From Candidatus Limnocylindria bacterium (GTDB lineage Bacteria; Chloroflexota; Limnocylindria; Limnocylindrales; CSP1-4): a DNA stretch of 64,000 nucleotides. The translations under genes and the position numbers were made by a program. This document shows positions 1 through 10,050 of this stretch, in pieces (the stretch's first letter is position 1; each line of letters begins with the position of its first letter). The notes below the pieces were generated by a model. That model did not search any database, was not told the origin of the DNA, and saw nothing but the letters and a program-made list of their open reading frames with translations. Where the stretch lies: assembly GCA_035513775.1 (NCBI GenBank), contig DATKBR010000025.1:3240-67239 (forward strand), written 5' to 3'.

Positions 1-277
1 CGAGGTGATCCGCGGCCGCTCCGTGGAGGAGGCTTCGGCACTGCTCAAGTTCATGCCCCAGCACGCCGCCAAGGACGTCGCCGGGGTGCTGAAGAGCGCG
101 GCCGCGAACGCCGAGAACAACCTGAACCTCGCCGCGGACGAGCTCCGCGTGCTCGACGCGCGCGCCGATCAGGGTCCGACGATCAAGCGCTGGCGTCCGC
201 GCGCTCAGGGTCGGGCCTTCCCGATCCACAAGGGCGTCACCCACATCACCGTCACCGTCGGCGACCGAGAGGGCTGA
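1..277 (+). CDS. rplV: 50S ribosomal protein L22 (5' end outside window)
   Basis: ORF 5..277 is open to the window edge. Sequence is L22-like (EEASALLKFMPQHAAKDV..., GPTIKRWRPRAQGRAFPIHKGVTHITV). Sits directly upstream of S3. Confidence 0.9.
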   Translation, partial: EVIRGRSVEEASALLKFMPQHAAKDVAGVLKSAAANAENNLNLAADELRVLDARADQGPTIKRWRPRAQGRAFPIHKGVTHITVTVGDREG

Positions 278-281
278 GAAC

Positions 282-959
282 ATGGGACACAAAGTCCACC
301 CGTACGGGTTCCGACTCGGGGTGACACGAACCTGGACCGCCAAGTGGTACCACGACAAGGAGTACACGGCGCTCCTGACCGAGGACATCGCCATCCGCCA
401 GCTGGTGGAGAAGCGGCTCGCAAACGCCAGCGTCAGCGGCCTCGAGATCGAGCGCAACTTTGGCCAGGTCACGGTCACCGTGCACACGGCCAAGCCGGGC
501 ATCGTCATCGGCAAGGGCGGCCAGAACGTCGAGATCCTGCGCCAGCAGATTGGCGCGCTCACGAAGCGCAAGGTCAAGCTGGAGATCAAGGAGATCCGCC
601 AGCCGGAGCTCGACGCGTACCTCGTCGCGACCAACATCAGCCAGCAGTTGAGCCGGCGCATCGCCTTCAAGAAGGCGATGAAGCAGTCGATCCAGCGCTC
701 GATGAAGGCCGGCGCGAAGGGCGTCAAGATCATGGTCTCGGGCCGTCTCGGCGGCGCCGAGATGAGCCGCCGAGAGTGGGACCGCGAGGGTCGCATCCCG
801 CTCGGCACCCTGCGCGCCGACATCAGCTACGGCCAGGTGCACGCCCACACGACGTACGGCCGTATCGGCGTGAAGGTCTGGATCTACCGCGGCGACATCA
901 CGCCCACGCGCACCGCCGCTCGTGATGCCGTCCCGGCAGTCGTCGGGCAGGGAGCCTGA
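282..959 (+). CDS. rpsC: 30S ribosomal protein S3
   Basis: 225 aa. GHKVHPYGFRLG N-terminus, KH-domain region and GRLGGAEMSRREW motif. ATG preceded by GAGAGGG. Confidence 0.97.
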   Translation: MGHKVHPYGFRLGVTRTWTAKWYHDKEYTALLTEDIAIRQLVEKRLANASVSGLEIERNFGQVTVTVHTAKPGIVIGKGGQNVEILRQQIGALTKRKVKLEIKEIRQPELDAYLVATNISQQLSRRIAFKKAMKQSIQRSMKAGAKGVKIMVSGRLGGAEMSRREWDREGRIPLGTLRADISYGQVHAHTTYGRIGVKVWIYRGDITPTRTAARDAVPAVVGQGA

Positions 960-962
960 CCG

Positions 963-1394
963 ATGCTGCTACCGCGACGGGTCAAGCACCGCAAGGTCAT
1001 GCGCGGCCGGATGTCCGGCCAGGCCAAGGGCGGCCACTTCGTCGCCTTCGGCGACTATGGCCTCGCGACGACCGAGCCGGCCTGGATCACCAGCCGGCAG
1101 ATCGAGGCTGCCCGGCGCGCCATGACCCGCTCGGTCAAGCGCGGCGGCAAGATCTGGATCCGCATCTTCCCGGACAAGCCCGTGACGAAGAAGCCTGCCG
1201 AGACCCGGATGGGCTCCGGCAAGGGCGCGCCCGACCACTGGGTCGCCGTCGTCAAGCCGGGCCGAATCCTGTTCGAGATGGCCGGCGTCCCCCACGCCGA
1301 GGCCACGGAGGCGATGCGCCTCGCGAGCCACAAGCTGCCCGTCGCCACGCGCGTCATCCAGCGCGAAGGCGCAGTCGAAGGGGGCGAGCGATGA
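963..1394 (+). CDS. rplP: 50S ribosomal protein L16
   Basis: 143 aa. [17 protein letters not shown]... is a typical L16 N-terminus. Operon position after S3. Confidence 0.97.
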   Translation: MLLPRRVKHRKVMRGRMSGQAKGGHFVAFGDYGLATTEPAWITSRQIEAARRAMTRSVKRGGKIWIRIFPDKPVTKKPAETRMGSGKGAPDHWVAVVKPGRILFEMAGVPHAEATEAMRLASHKLPVATRVIQREGAVEGGER

Positions 1395-1633
1395 CCGATA
1401 TCGCCAAGGTCCGCGAGATGTCGGACAAGGAGCTTCAGGACGCGCTGCAGCAGGCCAAGCAGGACCTCTGGAGCGCGCGCTTCGCACTGTCCACCAGGCA
1501 GCTCAATGACACCAGCAGCATTCCCCAGACCCGTCGAACCATCGCCCGGATCCTCACCGTCCAGCGTGAGCGCGGGACCGGTCGCGGCGCTGCCGCGGGC
1601 GCCGCGACGGCGAGCACAGGAAAGGGCGCGTAG
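1391..1633 (+). CDS. rpmC: 50S ribosomal protein L29
   Basis: 80 aa. ATGA overlap with the L16 stop. [24 protein letters not shown] is L29-like. Short Gly/Ala-rich C-terminal tail. Confidence 0.9.
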   Translation: MTDIAKVREMSDKELQDALQQAKQDLWSARFALSTRQLNDTSSIPQTRRTIARILTVQRERGTGRGAAAGAATASTGKGA

Positions 1634-1636
1634 GCG

Positions 1637-2092
1637 ATGGCCATGACCGAAACTCCTGCCACCGTGCAGGGCAAGCGCAAGACCAAGGTCGGGCGCGTGG
1701 TGAGCGACAAGATGGACAAGACGATCGTCGTGTCCGTGGAGCGACTCACCCGCCACCGCCTGTACAAGCGCGTCATCAAGTTGACGACCAGGTTCAAGGC
1801 GCACGACGAGACCAACGACGCCCATGTCGGCGACACCGTCCTCATCGAGGAGTCGCGCCCGCTCTCGGCGACCAAGCGCTGGCGCCTCATCGAGGTCGTG
1901 CAGCGTGCCGGCGACCACGGGGGGCCCGCCGAGACGATCGTCGAGGAGGACGCCGTGTCCGAGGCGATCCATTCCGCGGCGCACCCCGGCCGGAAGTCAC
2001 ATGACGATGCTGATGCAGCCGAAGCGGGCGACGAGACCGCCGCAGACGATACCGCCGCGGACGATACCGCCGCGAAGGGTGACGACGCGTGA
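1637..2092 (+). CDS. rpsQ: 30S ribosomal protein S17 with ~59-aa acidic C-terminal extension
   Basis: 151 aa. S17 core ([26 protein letters not shown]...[11 protein letters not shown]) followed by a D/A/E/T-rich tail. Stop overlaps the L14 GTG (GTGA). Confidence 0.93.
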   Translation: MAMTETPATVQGKRKTKVGRVVSDKMDKTIVVSVERLTRHRLYKRVIKLTTRFKAHDETNDAHVGDTVLIEESRPLSATKRWRLIEVVQRAGDHGGPAETIVEEDAVSEAIHSAAHPGRKSHDDADAAEAGDETAADDTAADDTAAKGDDA

Positions 2093-2457
2093 TCCAGGCT
2101 GAGACCCGCCTCAAGGTCGCCGACAACACGGGTGCACGAACCATCCAGTGCATCCGCGTGATGGGGCGCTCCACGAAGACCACCGCCGGGATCGGCGACG
2201 TCATCGTGGCGAGCGTCAAGCAGGCCATTCCGAACGCCGCCGTGAAGAAGGGCGACGTGGTTCGCGCGGTCGTCGTGCGCACGGCGAAGGAATACGGCCG
2301 CGCCGACGGCAGCTACATCCGCTTCGACGAGAACGCCGCCGTGCTGATCAACAACCAGGGCAATCCGCGCGGGACCCGCATCTTCGGGCCTGTTGCGCGA
2401 GAGCTTCGAGACCGCAACTACATGAAGATCGTGTCACTCGCCCCGGAGGTGCTGTGA
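2089..2457 (+). CDS. rplN: 50S ribosomal protein L14
   Basis: 122 aa. [17 protein letters not shown]... is canonical L14. Confidence 0.97.
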   Translation: MIQAETRLKVADNTGARTIQCIRVMGRSTKTTAGIGDVIVASVKQAIPNAAVKKGDVVRAVVVRTAKEYGRADGSYIRFDENAAVLINNQGNPRGTRIFGPVARELRDRNYMKIVSLAPEVL

Positions 2458-2915
2458 TGGCGCTCCGCCAGACTCGCGTGCCCGAGATCCGCAAGGGCGA
2501 CACGGTCGTGGTCCTGTCCGGCAAGGATGCCGGCAAGCAGGGCGTGGTGGAGCGTGTGCTCACCAACCCGGCCGCGCTCCAGCGCGTCACTCCGAGCGGT
2601 GCCGCGAAGAGTCAGAAGGCCCGCTCCGGCTACTGGCGGCCCGCCTCGAGCCGGCCGATCGCGGTCGTCGTCGAGGGCCTCAACATCGCCAAGCGCCACA
2701 CTAAGCCCCGGCAGACGCAGGGCCGCACCGACCGCGCGCCGAAGATGCAGCAGGGCGGGATCCTCGATCTCGCTCAGCCGCTCGACGTGTCGAAGGTGAT
2801 GCTCGTCTGCCCAAGCTGCAAGGAGCCGACGCGCGTGCGTCACACCGTCCTCGAGGACGGCCGCCGCGTTCGCGTCTGCACGCACTGCGGCAAGGCGATC
2901 GAGGTGACGGCATGA
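2457..2915 (+). CDS. rplX: 50S ribosomal protein L24 (KOW domain, internal insertion, C-terminal CxxC...CxxC)
   Basis: ATG at 2457 overlaps the L14 TGA by 1 nt, inside track ORF 2148..2915. [22 protein letters not shown] motif. CPSC...CTHC near the C-terminus. Confidence 0.9.
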   Translation: MALRQTRVPEIRKGDTVVVLSGKDAGKQGVVERVLTNPAALQRVTPSGAAKSQKARSGYWRPASSRPIAVVVEGLNIAKRHTKPRQTQGRTDRAPKMQQGGILDLAQPLDVSKVMLVCPSCKEPTRVRHTVLEDGRRVRVCTHCGKAIEVTA

Positions 2916-3922
2916 CCGACCCGATCGTGCCCGAGGAGAAGATGACGACCGACGAGCCGACGGCCGAAGCGCCGATGGCATCCGAAGCCGAGCCGACGGC
3001 GACCGACGAACAGCCCATGCCTGCCGCTGAGGCGCCCGAGCCCGAGGCTGCCGCCGAATCCGCGCCCGAGGCAGCCGCCGAGCCGGAGGCAATTGCGGCA
3101 GAGCCCGAGGCCGTCGCCGAGGCCGCCGAGCCCGCAGTGGAGCGCGAGGCCGTCGCCGAGGCCGACGAGCCCGAGGCCGTCGAGCCCGCAGCCGAGCCCG
3201 AGGCCGCCACCGAGCCAGAGGCTGCCGCCGAAGCGCCGGCGGCGGATGCCCCGAAGGCCGCGAGGCCGGCGCGCAAGGGCAAGCCGGCCGCGCAAGGCGT
3301 CGAGGATCGCAAGGCTGCCGCGACTGCCGAACCCGAGCCGGCGGCCGAGCCGGCGCCGTCGCGAAGGCCGGTGCTCGAAGGCCCGAAGGCGCTCCGGATC
3401 CGCTACAAGACTGAGGTCATCCCGGCCCTCGTCAAGCAGTTCGAGTACGCCAACCCGAACCAGGTGCCGAAGCTCGAGAAGATCGTGGTCAACGTGGGCC
3501 TGGGCGAGGCGCTCTCGAACGCGAAGGCGATCGACGCCGCGTCCGGCGACCTGACGATGATCACGGGCCAGAAGCCGATCGTGACCAAGGCTCGCCGCTC
3601 CATCGCCCAGTTCAAGATCAGGACCGGCAACCCGATCGGGCTCAAGGTGACCCTCCGCGGTCCGCGGATGTGGGACTTCCTGGAGCGGCTGCTCCTGCTG
3701 ACCCTGCCCCGCATCCGCGACTTTCGGGGCACGCCGAGCCGCTCGTTCGACGGTCGCGGCAACTACTCGCTCGGTATGCGCGAGCAGATCGCGTTCCCCG
3801 AGATCGACTACGACAAGGTGGACCGTCTCCGCGGGCTGGAAGTCAGCATCGTGACGACGGCGAAGTCCGACGAGGAGTCGAAGCGCTTGCTCGAGCTCCT
3901 CGGCATGCCCTTCGCCTCGTAG
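2912..3922 (+). CDS. rplE: 50S ribosomal protein L5, apparently with ~153-aa Pro/Glu/Ala-rich N-terminal extension (alternative GTG start at 3371)
   Basis: L5 core starts near [43 protein letters not shown] 2912 forms an ATGA overlap with the L24 stop. An in-frame GTG at 3371 with GAAGG upstream would give a normal-length 184-aa L5. Confidence 0.88.
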   Translation: MTDPIVPEEKMTTDEPTAEAPMASEAEPTATDEQPMPAAEAPEPEAAAESAPEAAAEPEAIAAEPEAVAEAAEPAVEREAVAEADEPEAVEPAAEPEAATEPEAAAEAPAADAPKAARPARKGKPAAQGVEDRKAAATAEPEPAAEPAPSRRPVLEGPKALRIRYKTEVIPALVKQFEYANPNQVPKLEKIVVNVGLGEALSNAKAIDAASGDLTMITGQKPIVTKARRSIAQFKIRTGNPIGLKVTLRGPRMWDFLERLLLLTLPRIRDFRGTPSRSFDGRGNYSLGMREQIAFPEIDYDKVDRLRGLEVSIVTTAKSDEESKRLLELLGMPFAS

Positions 3923-3940
3923 GCGGCGGGAGGAGACACG

Positions 3941-4126
3941 ATGGCCAAGAAATCGATGATCGCGAAGGCAAAGCGGACGCCCAAGTTCGGCGTCCGGGGA
4001 TACCACCGCTGCGTCGTGTGCGGACGGCCGCGCGCGTTCATGCGTCGCTTCAACCTGTGCCGCATCTGCTTCCGGGAGCGCGCCCTCGTGGGTGAGCTGC
4101 CGGGCGTCACGAAGTCGAGCTGGTAG
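3941..4126 (+). CDS. rpsN: 30S ribosomal protein S14 type Z (zinc-binding, 61 aa)
   Basis: 61 aa with CVVCGRP...CRIC cysteine pairs. Position between L5 and S8. Confidence 0.95.
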   Translation: MAKKSMIAKAKRTPKFGVRGYHRCVVCGRPRAFMRRFNLCRICFRERALVGELPGVTKSSW

Positions 4127-4131
4127 GTCCC

Positions 4132-4530
4132 ATGAACATCTCCGATCCGATCGCCGACATGCTCACGCGCGTCCGTAACGCGTCGCGCGCCCGGCACACC
4201 GAGGTGCTGGTGCCCGCGTCGCGCACGAAGCGCGAGATTGCCCGCATCCTCAAGACCGAGGGCTTCATCGCCGAGGTCGCGGAGGAGCAGGCCGGCCCGG
4301 GCCACGTCCTGCGCCTCACCCTGCGCTACGTCGACGGCAAGGTGCCCGTCGTATCCGGCCTGAAGCGCGTGAGCAAGCCCGGCCTCCGGGTGTACGCCGC
4401 CAAGACGGACATCCCGCGGGTGCTCGGCGGCCTCGGCATCGTCATCGTCAGCACCAGCCAGGGGATCATGACCGGCGCGCAGGCCCGCAAGGCCCAGCTC
4501 GGCGGCGAAGTCCTCGCGTACGTCTGGTAG
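4132..4530 (+). CDS. rpsH: 30S ribosomal protein S8
   Basis: 132 aa. [13 protein letters not shown] motif. Confidence 0.97.
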   Translation: MNISDPIADMLTRVRNASRARHTEVLVPASRTKREIARILKTEGFIAEVAEEQAGPGHVLRLTLRYVDGKVPVVSGLKRVSKPGLRVYAAKTDIPRVLGGLGIVIVSTSQGIMTGAQARKAQLGGEVLAYVW

Positions 4531-4535
4531 ACGAG

Positions 4536-5087
4536 ATGTCCCGAATCGGCCGCATGCCCATTGCCGTTCCCTCCGGTGTCGACGTCTCGATCGACGGCCG
4601 CAATGTCACGGTCAAGGGGCCCAAGGGCAGCCTCTCGCGCGAGCTCCATCCGGAGATCGGCGTCGCCCGCGATGGCGACTCCATCGTGGTGACGCGCCCA
4701 TCGGAGGCCAAGACCCACAGACAGCTCCACGGGCTGACCCGGACGCTGGTGAACAACATGGTCGTCGGCGTGACCGATGGCTACCGCAAGGCGCTCGAGA
4801 TCACGGGCGTCGGCTATCGTGCTGCGCTCGTCGGGCGAAAGCTCCAGCTCAACCTGGGCTACAGCCACCCGATCGAGATCGACCCGCCGGCGGGAATCAC
4901 GTTCGAGGTCGAGAATCCCACCAAGCTCGCCGTGACCGGCATCGACAAGGAGCTCGTGGGCGAGATCGCCGCCCGGGTTCGTTCGACGCGCAAGCCGGAG
5001 CCGTACAAGGGCAAGGGCGTTCGCTACGCGGGCGAGCAGATCCGCCGCAAGGCCGGCAAGGCCGGCAAGATCGGCGGCAAGAAGTAG
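4536..5087 (+). CDS. rplF: 50S ribosomal protein L6
   Basis: 183 aa. [31 protein letters not shown] is an L6 N-terminus. Confidence 0.97.
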   Translation: MSRIGRMPIAVPSGVDVSIDGRNVTVKGPKGSLSRELHPEIGVARDGDSIVVTRPSEAKTHRQLHGLTRTLVNNMVVGVTDGYRKALEITGVGYRAALVGRKLQLNLGYSHPIEIDPPAGITFEVENPTKLAVTGIDKELVGEIAARVRSTRKPEPYKGKGVRYAGEQIRRKAGKAGKIGGKK

Positions 5088-5118
5088 CCCGCCGCGCAGG
5101 AGACCGAGGAACCACCGA

Positions 5119-5481
5119 ATGACCGCACCCATCAGCCGCGGGGCCGCCCGCCAGAAGCGCCACGCACGCCTCCGCCTTCGGGTGGCGGGTGATGCCGGTC
5201 GTCCGCGCCTCGCCGTCTTCCGCAGCCTCAATCACATCTACGCCCAGGTCATCGACGACTCGTCCGGACGGACGCTCGCCGCTGCGTCGTCACTCGAGCC
5301 TGACCTCAAGTCGGCCAAGGCGTCGAAGTCGTCGGAGGCATCCACCGTCGGCCGGATCGTCGCCGAGCGGGCACGGGCAGCCGGCGTGGGCCGGGTGGTC
5401 TTCGACCGAGCCGGGTTCCGGTACCACGGTCGGATCAAGTCCCTCGCCGACGCGGCCCGCGAAGCCGGCCTGGAGTTTTAG
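5119..5481 (+). CDS. rplR: 50S ribosomal protein L18
   Basis: 120 aa. [18 protein letters not shown] and [26 protein letters not shown] motifs. Confidence 0.95.
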   Translation: MTAPISRGAARQKRHARLRLRVAGDAGRPRLAVFRSLNHIYAQVIDDSSGRTLAAASSLEPDLKSAKASKSSEASTVGRIVAERARAAGVGRVVFDRAGFRYHGRIKSLADAAREAGLEF

Positions 5482-5489
5482 GAGCGCAC

Positions 5490-6023
5490 GTGCCACGAAT
5501 CGACGCCAACAAGCTCACGCTCGAGGAGCGTGTCGTCCAGATCAATCGCGTCGCGAAGGTCGTCAAGGGCGGCCGGCGCTTCAGCTTCAGCGCGGTCATC
5601 GTCGTCGGTGACGGCGCCGGCCATGTCGGCGTCGGGCTGGGCAAGGCGGGCGAGGTGCCCGAGGCGATCCGCAAAGGCGTCGAGGACGCCAAGAAGAACA
5701 TCATCAAGATCCCGATGGTGGGAACCACGATCCCGCACGAGATCCGCACGGTCTTCTCGGCCAGCAACGTGCTCCTCAAGCCCGCCAGCCAGGGCACCGG
5801 CGTCATCGCCGGCGGCTCCGTCCGCGCGGTCGTCGAGGCGGCCGGCATCCGGGACATCCTGTCCAAGGTGTATGGCTCCACGAACCCGGTGAACGTCACC
5901 CGGGCGACGCTCGAGGGCCTGCGCGGCCTGCACTCTGCGGCTGAGCTGAGCGCTCGCCGCGGTGTCCCCGTGCGCCTCCACATCCCCGGCCAGCCGTCCC
6001 CGGAGGCCGCCGATGCCCGGTAA
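5490..6023 (+). CDS. rpsE: 30S ribosomal protein S5
   Basis: 177 aa, GTG start. [25 protein letters not shown] motif. Confidence 0.96.
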   Translation: MPRIDANKLTLEERVVQINRVAKVVKGGRRFSFSAVIVVGDGAGHVGVGLGKAGEVPEAIRKGVEDAKKNIIKIPMVGTTIPHEIRTVFSASNVLLKPASQGTGVIAGGSVRAVVEAAGIRDILSKVYGSTNPVNVTRATLEGLRGLHSAAELSARRGVPVRLHIPGQPSPEAADAR

Positions 6024-6273
6024 GCTGCGCATCACCCAGACGAAGAGTTCGATCAGCCACATCGCGCGCAATCGCGCAACGCTCAAGGCACTCGGGTTGC
6101 GCGGCATCGGCTCCTCGGTCGAGGTTCCAGCCAACGACGCGACCCGGGGCATGGCGCGCCAGGTCCGCTTCCTCGTGAGCGTCGAGGAGACCGAAGGATC
6201 CGTCGCCGGTCGGCCGAGCGCAGCCGCCAACGCCAGATCACGCCGGCCGAGCGGCGACGAGGAGAAGGAATGA
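6013..6273 (+). CDS. rpmD: 50S ribosomal protein L30 with C-terminal extension
   Basis: ATG 6013 lies inside track ORF 5962..6273 and overlaps the S5 3' end by 11 nt. [35 protein letters not shown] is L30-like. ~25 extra C-terminal residues. Stop overlaps the L15 ATG (ATGA). Confidence 0.85.
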   Translation: MPGKLRITQTKSSISHIARNRATLKALGLRGIGSSVEVPANDATRGMARQVRFLVSVEETEGSVAGRPSAAANARSRRPSGDEEKE

Positions 6274-7124
6274 AGCTCCACGATCTGAAGCCGGCGCCCG
6301 GATCGCGCAAGGCGAAGCGCCGCGTCGGACGCGGCATCGCGGCGGGCCAGGGCAAGACGGCGGGTCGCGGGACCAAGGGCCAGAAGGCGCGCGCCGGCGG
6401 GAAGATCCCCGCCTGGTTCGAAGGTGGCCAGACGCCCCTCCACCAGCGCATCCCGAAGCTCCGCGGCTTCAAGAACCTGTTCAAGATCCAGTACGAGGTC
6501 GTGAACCTCGGCGACATCGCGGGGCTCGTGGAGCTCGGTGAGATCGAGGGCGGCGACATGGCAGGCACGAAGCCCTCGAAGAAGGGCGCGGCCCCGATCA
6601 CGGTCAACCAGGAGATCCTTCGCGCTGCCGGCCTCGTTCGCCGGCTCGACCGGCCGATGAAGGTGCTCGGTGGCGGCGCCGAAGAGCTGTCGACGGCACT
6701 GTTCGTGGTGGCCGATGCGTTCAGCGCGAGCGCGCGGGCAAAGATCGAGGCCGCCGGCGGGACCGTGTCCGTGCTCGAGGTCCCGGACGCGAAACGGCCG
6801 GCCCTCGGCGTCGTCGCCGAGCCCGAGGCAGCCGAAGCCGCCGCAGCCGGGACGGAGGCCGACGCCGACGAGGCCGGCACCGCCGCTACAGCCGCCGACG
6901 CCGGCGACACCACCGCTACCGATGACGCGGCGCCCGCGGCGGCGACTCCCAAGCCGAAGGCGCCCAAGGCCGGGAAAGCCACGAAGGCCGCCAACGCCAC
7001 GAAGGCCGCCAAGGCGGCCGCCACCGACGCCGAGTCGAGCGACGACGCGGCCACCGAGGCGCCGGCGGCCAAGCCGCGCGCCGCCCGCAAGCCCAAGGCC
7101 CCGAAGACAGACCCGGACGCGTAG
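6270..7124 (+). CDS. rplO: 50S ribosomal protein L15 with ~113-aa Ala/Lys/Pro/Thr-rich C-terminal tail
   Basis: 284 aa. L15 core ([41 protein letters not shown]...) ends near residue 170. The remainder is low complexity ([24 protein letters not shown]...). Confidence 0.93.
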   Translation: MKLHDLKPAPGSRKAKRRVGRGIAAGQGKTAGRGTKGQKARAGGKIPAWFEGGQTPLHQRIPKLRGFKNLFKIQYEVVNLGDIAGLVELGEIEGGDMAGTKPSKKGAAPITVNQEILRAAGLVRRLDRPMKVLGGGAEELSTALFVVADAFSASARAKIEAAGGTVSVLEVPDAKRPALGVVAEPEAAEAAAAGTEADADEAGTAATAADAGDTTATDDAAPAAATPKPKAPKAGKATKAANATKAAKAAATDAESSDDAATEAPAAKPRAARKPKAPKTDPDA

Positions 7125-7130
7125 TCGACC

Positions 7131-8411
7131 GTGTTCGAATCGCTGCTGAACGCGTTCCGCGCGCCGGACATCCGGCGACGGATCTTCTTCGTCCTCGCGA
7201 TCCTGGTCGTCTACCGGCTGCTCGCGCAGGTGCCCCTGCCGGGCATCGACCGCGAGGCGCTGGCGGAGTTCTTCCGGAACAACTCCGCGTTCGGGATCAT
7301 CGACCTGTTCGCCGGCGGCGGGCTGTCGCAGCTTTCGATCGTCGGTCTCGCCATGAACCCGTACATCAACGCCTCGATCATCATGCAGCTCATGACGGGC
7401 GTCGTTCCGTCCCTCCAGGCCCTGAGCCGCGAAGGGGAGTACGGGCGCCAGAAGATCAACCAGTACACGCGCTACCTGACGGTGCCGATGGCGCTCCTGC
7501 AGGCGTTCGGCATCCTGTCGGCGCTAAGCGCCCAGGAAGTGATCATCGGCGGCTTCGGGCTCGGCAACGCGATGAGCTGGGTCCAGATGGTGACCCTGGT
7601 CGCCGGCGCGATCGTCCTGATGTGGCTGGGTGAGCTGATCACCGAGAAGGGCATCGGCAACGGCATCAGCTTCATCATCTTCGCCGGCATCGTGAGCCAG
7701 GCGCCCGCGGGCCTCGTGTCGATGCTCCAGGCGCCATCGGCGCGGGACATCGTCCTGTTCACGATCCTCGCCATCGTCGCGGTCGCCGTGATTATCTACA
7801 TCCAGGAGGGCCAGCGCCGGATCCCGATCCAGTACGCGAGCCGCGTCCGGGGGCGCCGCATGTACCAGGGCGGGCAGACGTTCCTGCCGCTGCGGGTCAA
7901 CCTCGCCGGCGTGATCCCGATCATCTTCGCGATCAGCATCCTGGCCTTCCCGGGCCAGCTCGCGGCCTACTTCTCCTTCTCGGAGGTGGAGGGCGTCCGC
8001 AACGTCGCGACTGCGATCGGCGCGTTCCTGGCGCCCACGACGATCCAGTACTCGATCACCTACTTCCTGCTGGTCATGGGCTTCACGTACTTCTATACGG
8101 CATTCACGTTCAAGCCCGACGAGACGGCGGAGCAGCTGCGCAAGAACGGCGGGTTCATCCCGGGCATCCGACCCGGCCGGCCCACCCAGGAGTACCTGGG
8201 GCGGGTCGTCTCGCGGATCACGCTGGGTGGTGCGATCTTCCTCGGCACGGTCGCGGTCGCCCCGGTGATCGCCGGTGTGATCGACCCGAATCTGGCCGGT
8301 CTCGCGATCGGCGGCACGGGCCTGTTGATCGTCGTCTCGGTCGTCGTCGAGACGATGAAGCAGATCGAGGCCCAGCTCATGATGCGCAACTACGAAGGAT
8401 TCATCCGCTAG
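7131..8411 (+). CDS. secY: Preprotein translocase subunit SecY
   Basis: 426 aa, multi-pass membrane protein. RRRIFFVLAILVVYRL and LGELITEKGIGNGISFIIFAGI motifs. Confidence 0.97.
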   Translation: MFESLLNAFRAPDIRRRIFFVLAILVVYRLLAQVPLPGIDREALAEFFRNNSAFGIIDLFAGGGLSQLSIVGLAMNPYINASIIMQLMTGVVPSLQALSREGEYGRQKINQYTRYLTVPMALLQAFGILSALSAQEVIIGGFGLGNAMSWVQMVTLVAGAIVLMWLGELITEKGIGNGISFIIFAGIVSQAPAGLVSMLQAPSARDIVLFTILAIVAVAVIIYIQEGQRRIPIQYASRVRGRRMYQGGQTFLPLRVNLAGVIPIIFAISILAFPGQLAAYFSFSEVEGVRNVATAIGAFLAPTTIQYSITYFLLVMGFTYFYTAFTFKPDETAEQLRKNGGFIPGIRPGRPTQEYLGRVVSRITLGGAIFLGTVAVAPVIAGVIDPNLAGLAIGGTGLLIVVSVVVETMKQIEAQLMMRNYEGFIR

Positions 8412-8551
8412 GCGCGGGTCCAGAAGGTGCATTCGGCGGACATGGCGAGGTCAGCGCAAGGCGACGTCGAGTGTCGGCGCGCAGCGCACCCAATGGCGCG
8501 TGAGCGGCGGCGCGCAGGCGTCGACGCCGCGATGACCCACCAGGTACATCG

Positions 8552-9217
8552 ATGACGGTAGCCATCCTTCTTGGTGCACCAGGCGCCGGCAAAGGCACCC
8601 AGGCACCGCTCCTCGCTGCCAACCTCGGGGTTCCCGTGGTGGCGTCGGGCGATCTGCTGCGCGCCGAAGTCGCGAGCGGCAGCGAGATCGGCCGCGAGCT
8701 CGACGCGATCATGCGCTCAGGCGAGCTCGTCCCCGACGCTCTTATGGCTCAACTGTTCCTCGCCAGGCTCGATCGTGAGGATGCCGCCGATGGTGCAATC
8801 CTCGACGGCTTTCCACGCACCCGGCCCCAGGCCGAGGCCCTCGACCGGGCGCTCGAGATCTCCAACAGGCGAGTTGGCAGGGCGCTCCTGATCGAGGTCC
8901 CGATCGAGGACCTCGTTGGCCGTTTCGCCGGACGCCGCATATGCACCGCGGGTGGGCATGTCTACAACGACTGGTTCAAGCCGCCGAGGGTCTGGGGCGT
9001 GTGTGACGTCGATGGGTCCGAGCTAGTTCACCGGGCCGACGACGCGGAGGCCACCGTCCGGGCTCGAATGGAGCAACAGCTCGGCCCGCTCCGCGACGTT
9101 TCTGACTACTACCGGGACCTGGGCATCCTGACGCCCGTGGACGGCACCCGGTCGATCGAGGAGGTCGCGGCGTCGCTTCTCGAGGCGGTCGGGGCTCCGC
9201 CCGCGCCGGCTACGTGA
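8552..9217 (+). CDS. adk: Adenylate kinase
   Basis: 221 aa. GAPGAGKGTQ P-loop, ILDGFPRT motif, and a LID region retaining only two Cys. 140-nt gap after secY. Confidence 0.95.
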   Translation: MTVAILLGAPGAGKGTQAPLLAANLGVPVVASGDLLRAEVASGSEIGRELDAIMRSGELVPDALMAQLFLARLDREDAADGAILDGFPRTRPQAEALDRALEISNRRVGRALLIEVPIEDLVGRFAGRRICTAGGHVYNDWFKPPRVWGVCDVDGSELVHRADDAEATVRARMEQQLGPLRDVSDYYRDLGILTPVDGTRSIEEVAASLLEAVGAPPAPAT

Positions 9218-9990
9218 TCACGAGGAAGTCCGCGCGCGAGCTCGAGAAGATGCGTCGCGCGGGGCGCGTCGTCGCGGAGGTCCTCGCCCTCATCGAATCG
9301 GAGCTCAAGCCGGGCGTCACCACGGGCCATCTCGATGCCCTGGCCGAGCGGCATATCCGCGCGTCCGGCGCCGTACCGTCGTTCCTGGGCTACCTCGGCG
9401 GCGGCCGTTACGGCAAGGGTCCGAGTGCCTTCCCGGCGAGCACCTGCATCTCCATCGACAGCGAGGTCGTCCACGGCATCCCCGGGAACCGAACGGTGAA
9501 GGACGGGTCGATCGTCTCGGTCGACGTCGGCGCGATCGTGGAGGGCTGGCACGGCGATGCCGCGCGGACCTTCGTCGTGGGTGACGTGCCGGAGGCGACC
9601 CGCGCGCTCGTGGACGCCACGCGGCTCGCGATGATGGCCGGGATCGGCGCGGCGAAGGCCGGGGCTCGGGTGGGCGACATCTCGGCTGCGGTCGAGGACA
9701 TCGGCCGCGCCGGCGGCTACGGCATCGTCGAGCCGTTCGTCGGCCACGGCATCGGCACCGAGATGCACCAGGACCCGCAGGTCCCGAACTACCGCACCGG
9801 GCGGCGCGGCCCGCAGCTCCAGCCCGGCATGTGCCTGGCCATCGAGCCGATGTTCACGCTCGGCACCGGCGAGGTGTACGTCGCCGCCGACGGCTGGACC
9901 GTCGCCACGAGGGATGACGTCCTGGCCGCCCACTTCGAGCACACCATCGCGATCACCCCCAACGGCCCCGAGATCCTCACGACGATCTAG
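9214..9990 (+). CDS. map: Type I methionine aminopeptidase
   Basis: 258 aa. GTGA overlap with the adk stop. VVHGIP, DVGAIVEGWHGD, GHGIG and EHTIAIT metal-site motifs. Confidence 0.96.
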   Translation: MITRKSARELEKMRRAGRVVAEVLALIESELKPGVTTGHLDALAERHIRASGAVPSFLGYLGGGRYGKGPSAFPASTCISIDSEVVHGIPGNRTVKDGSIVSVDVGAIVEGWHGDAARTFVVGDVPEATRALVDATRLAMMAGIGAAKAGARVGDISAAVEDIGRAGGYGIVEPFVGHGIGTEMHQDPQVPNYRTGRRGPQLQPGMCLAIEPMFTLGTGEVYVAADGWTVATRDDVLAAHFEHTIAITPNGPEILTTI

Positions 9991-10050
9991 CGGATCGAAG
10001 GTCCGTTACGCTTCTGATCCCGGCGATACCCGGCCCAGGAGGGACGACCG

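Noticed and set aside
3371-3922. A normal-length L5 starting at GTG 3371 as the primary call.
   Set aside because: Not excluded and recorded as an alternative. The ATGA coupling at 2912 and the otherwise gap-free operon made the long form my primary model. Experimental evidence is needed.
8412-8551. The 140-nt secY-adk gap as a possible ncRNA or small ORF.
   Set aside because: I could find no convincing hairpin/terminator, promoter hexamers or protein-like ORF. It is left unannotated.
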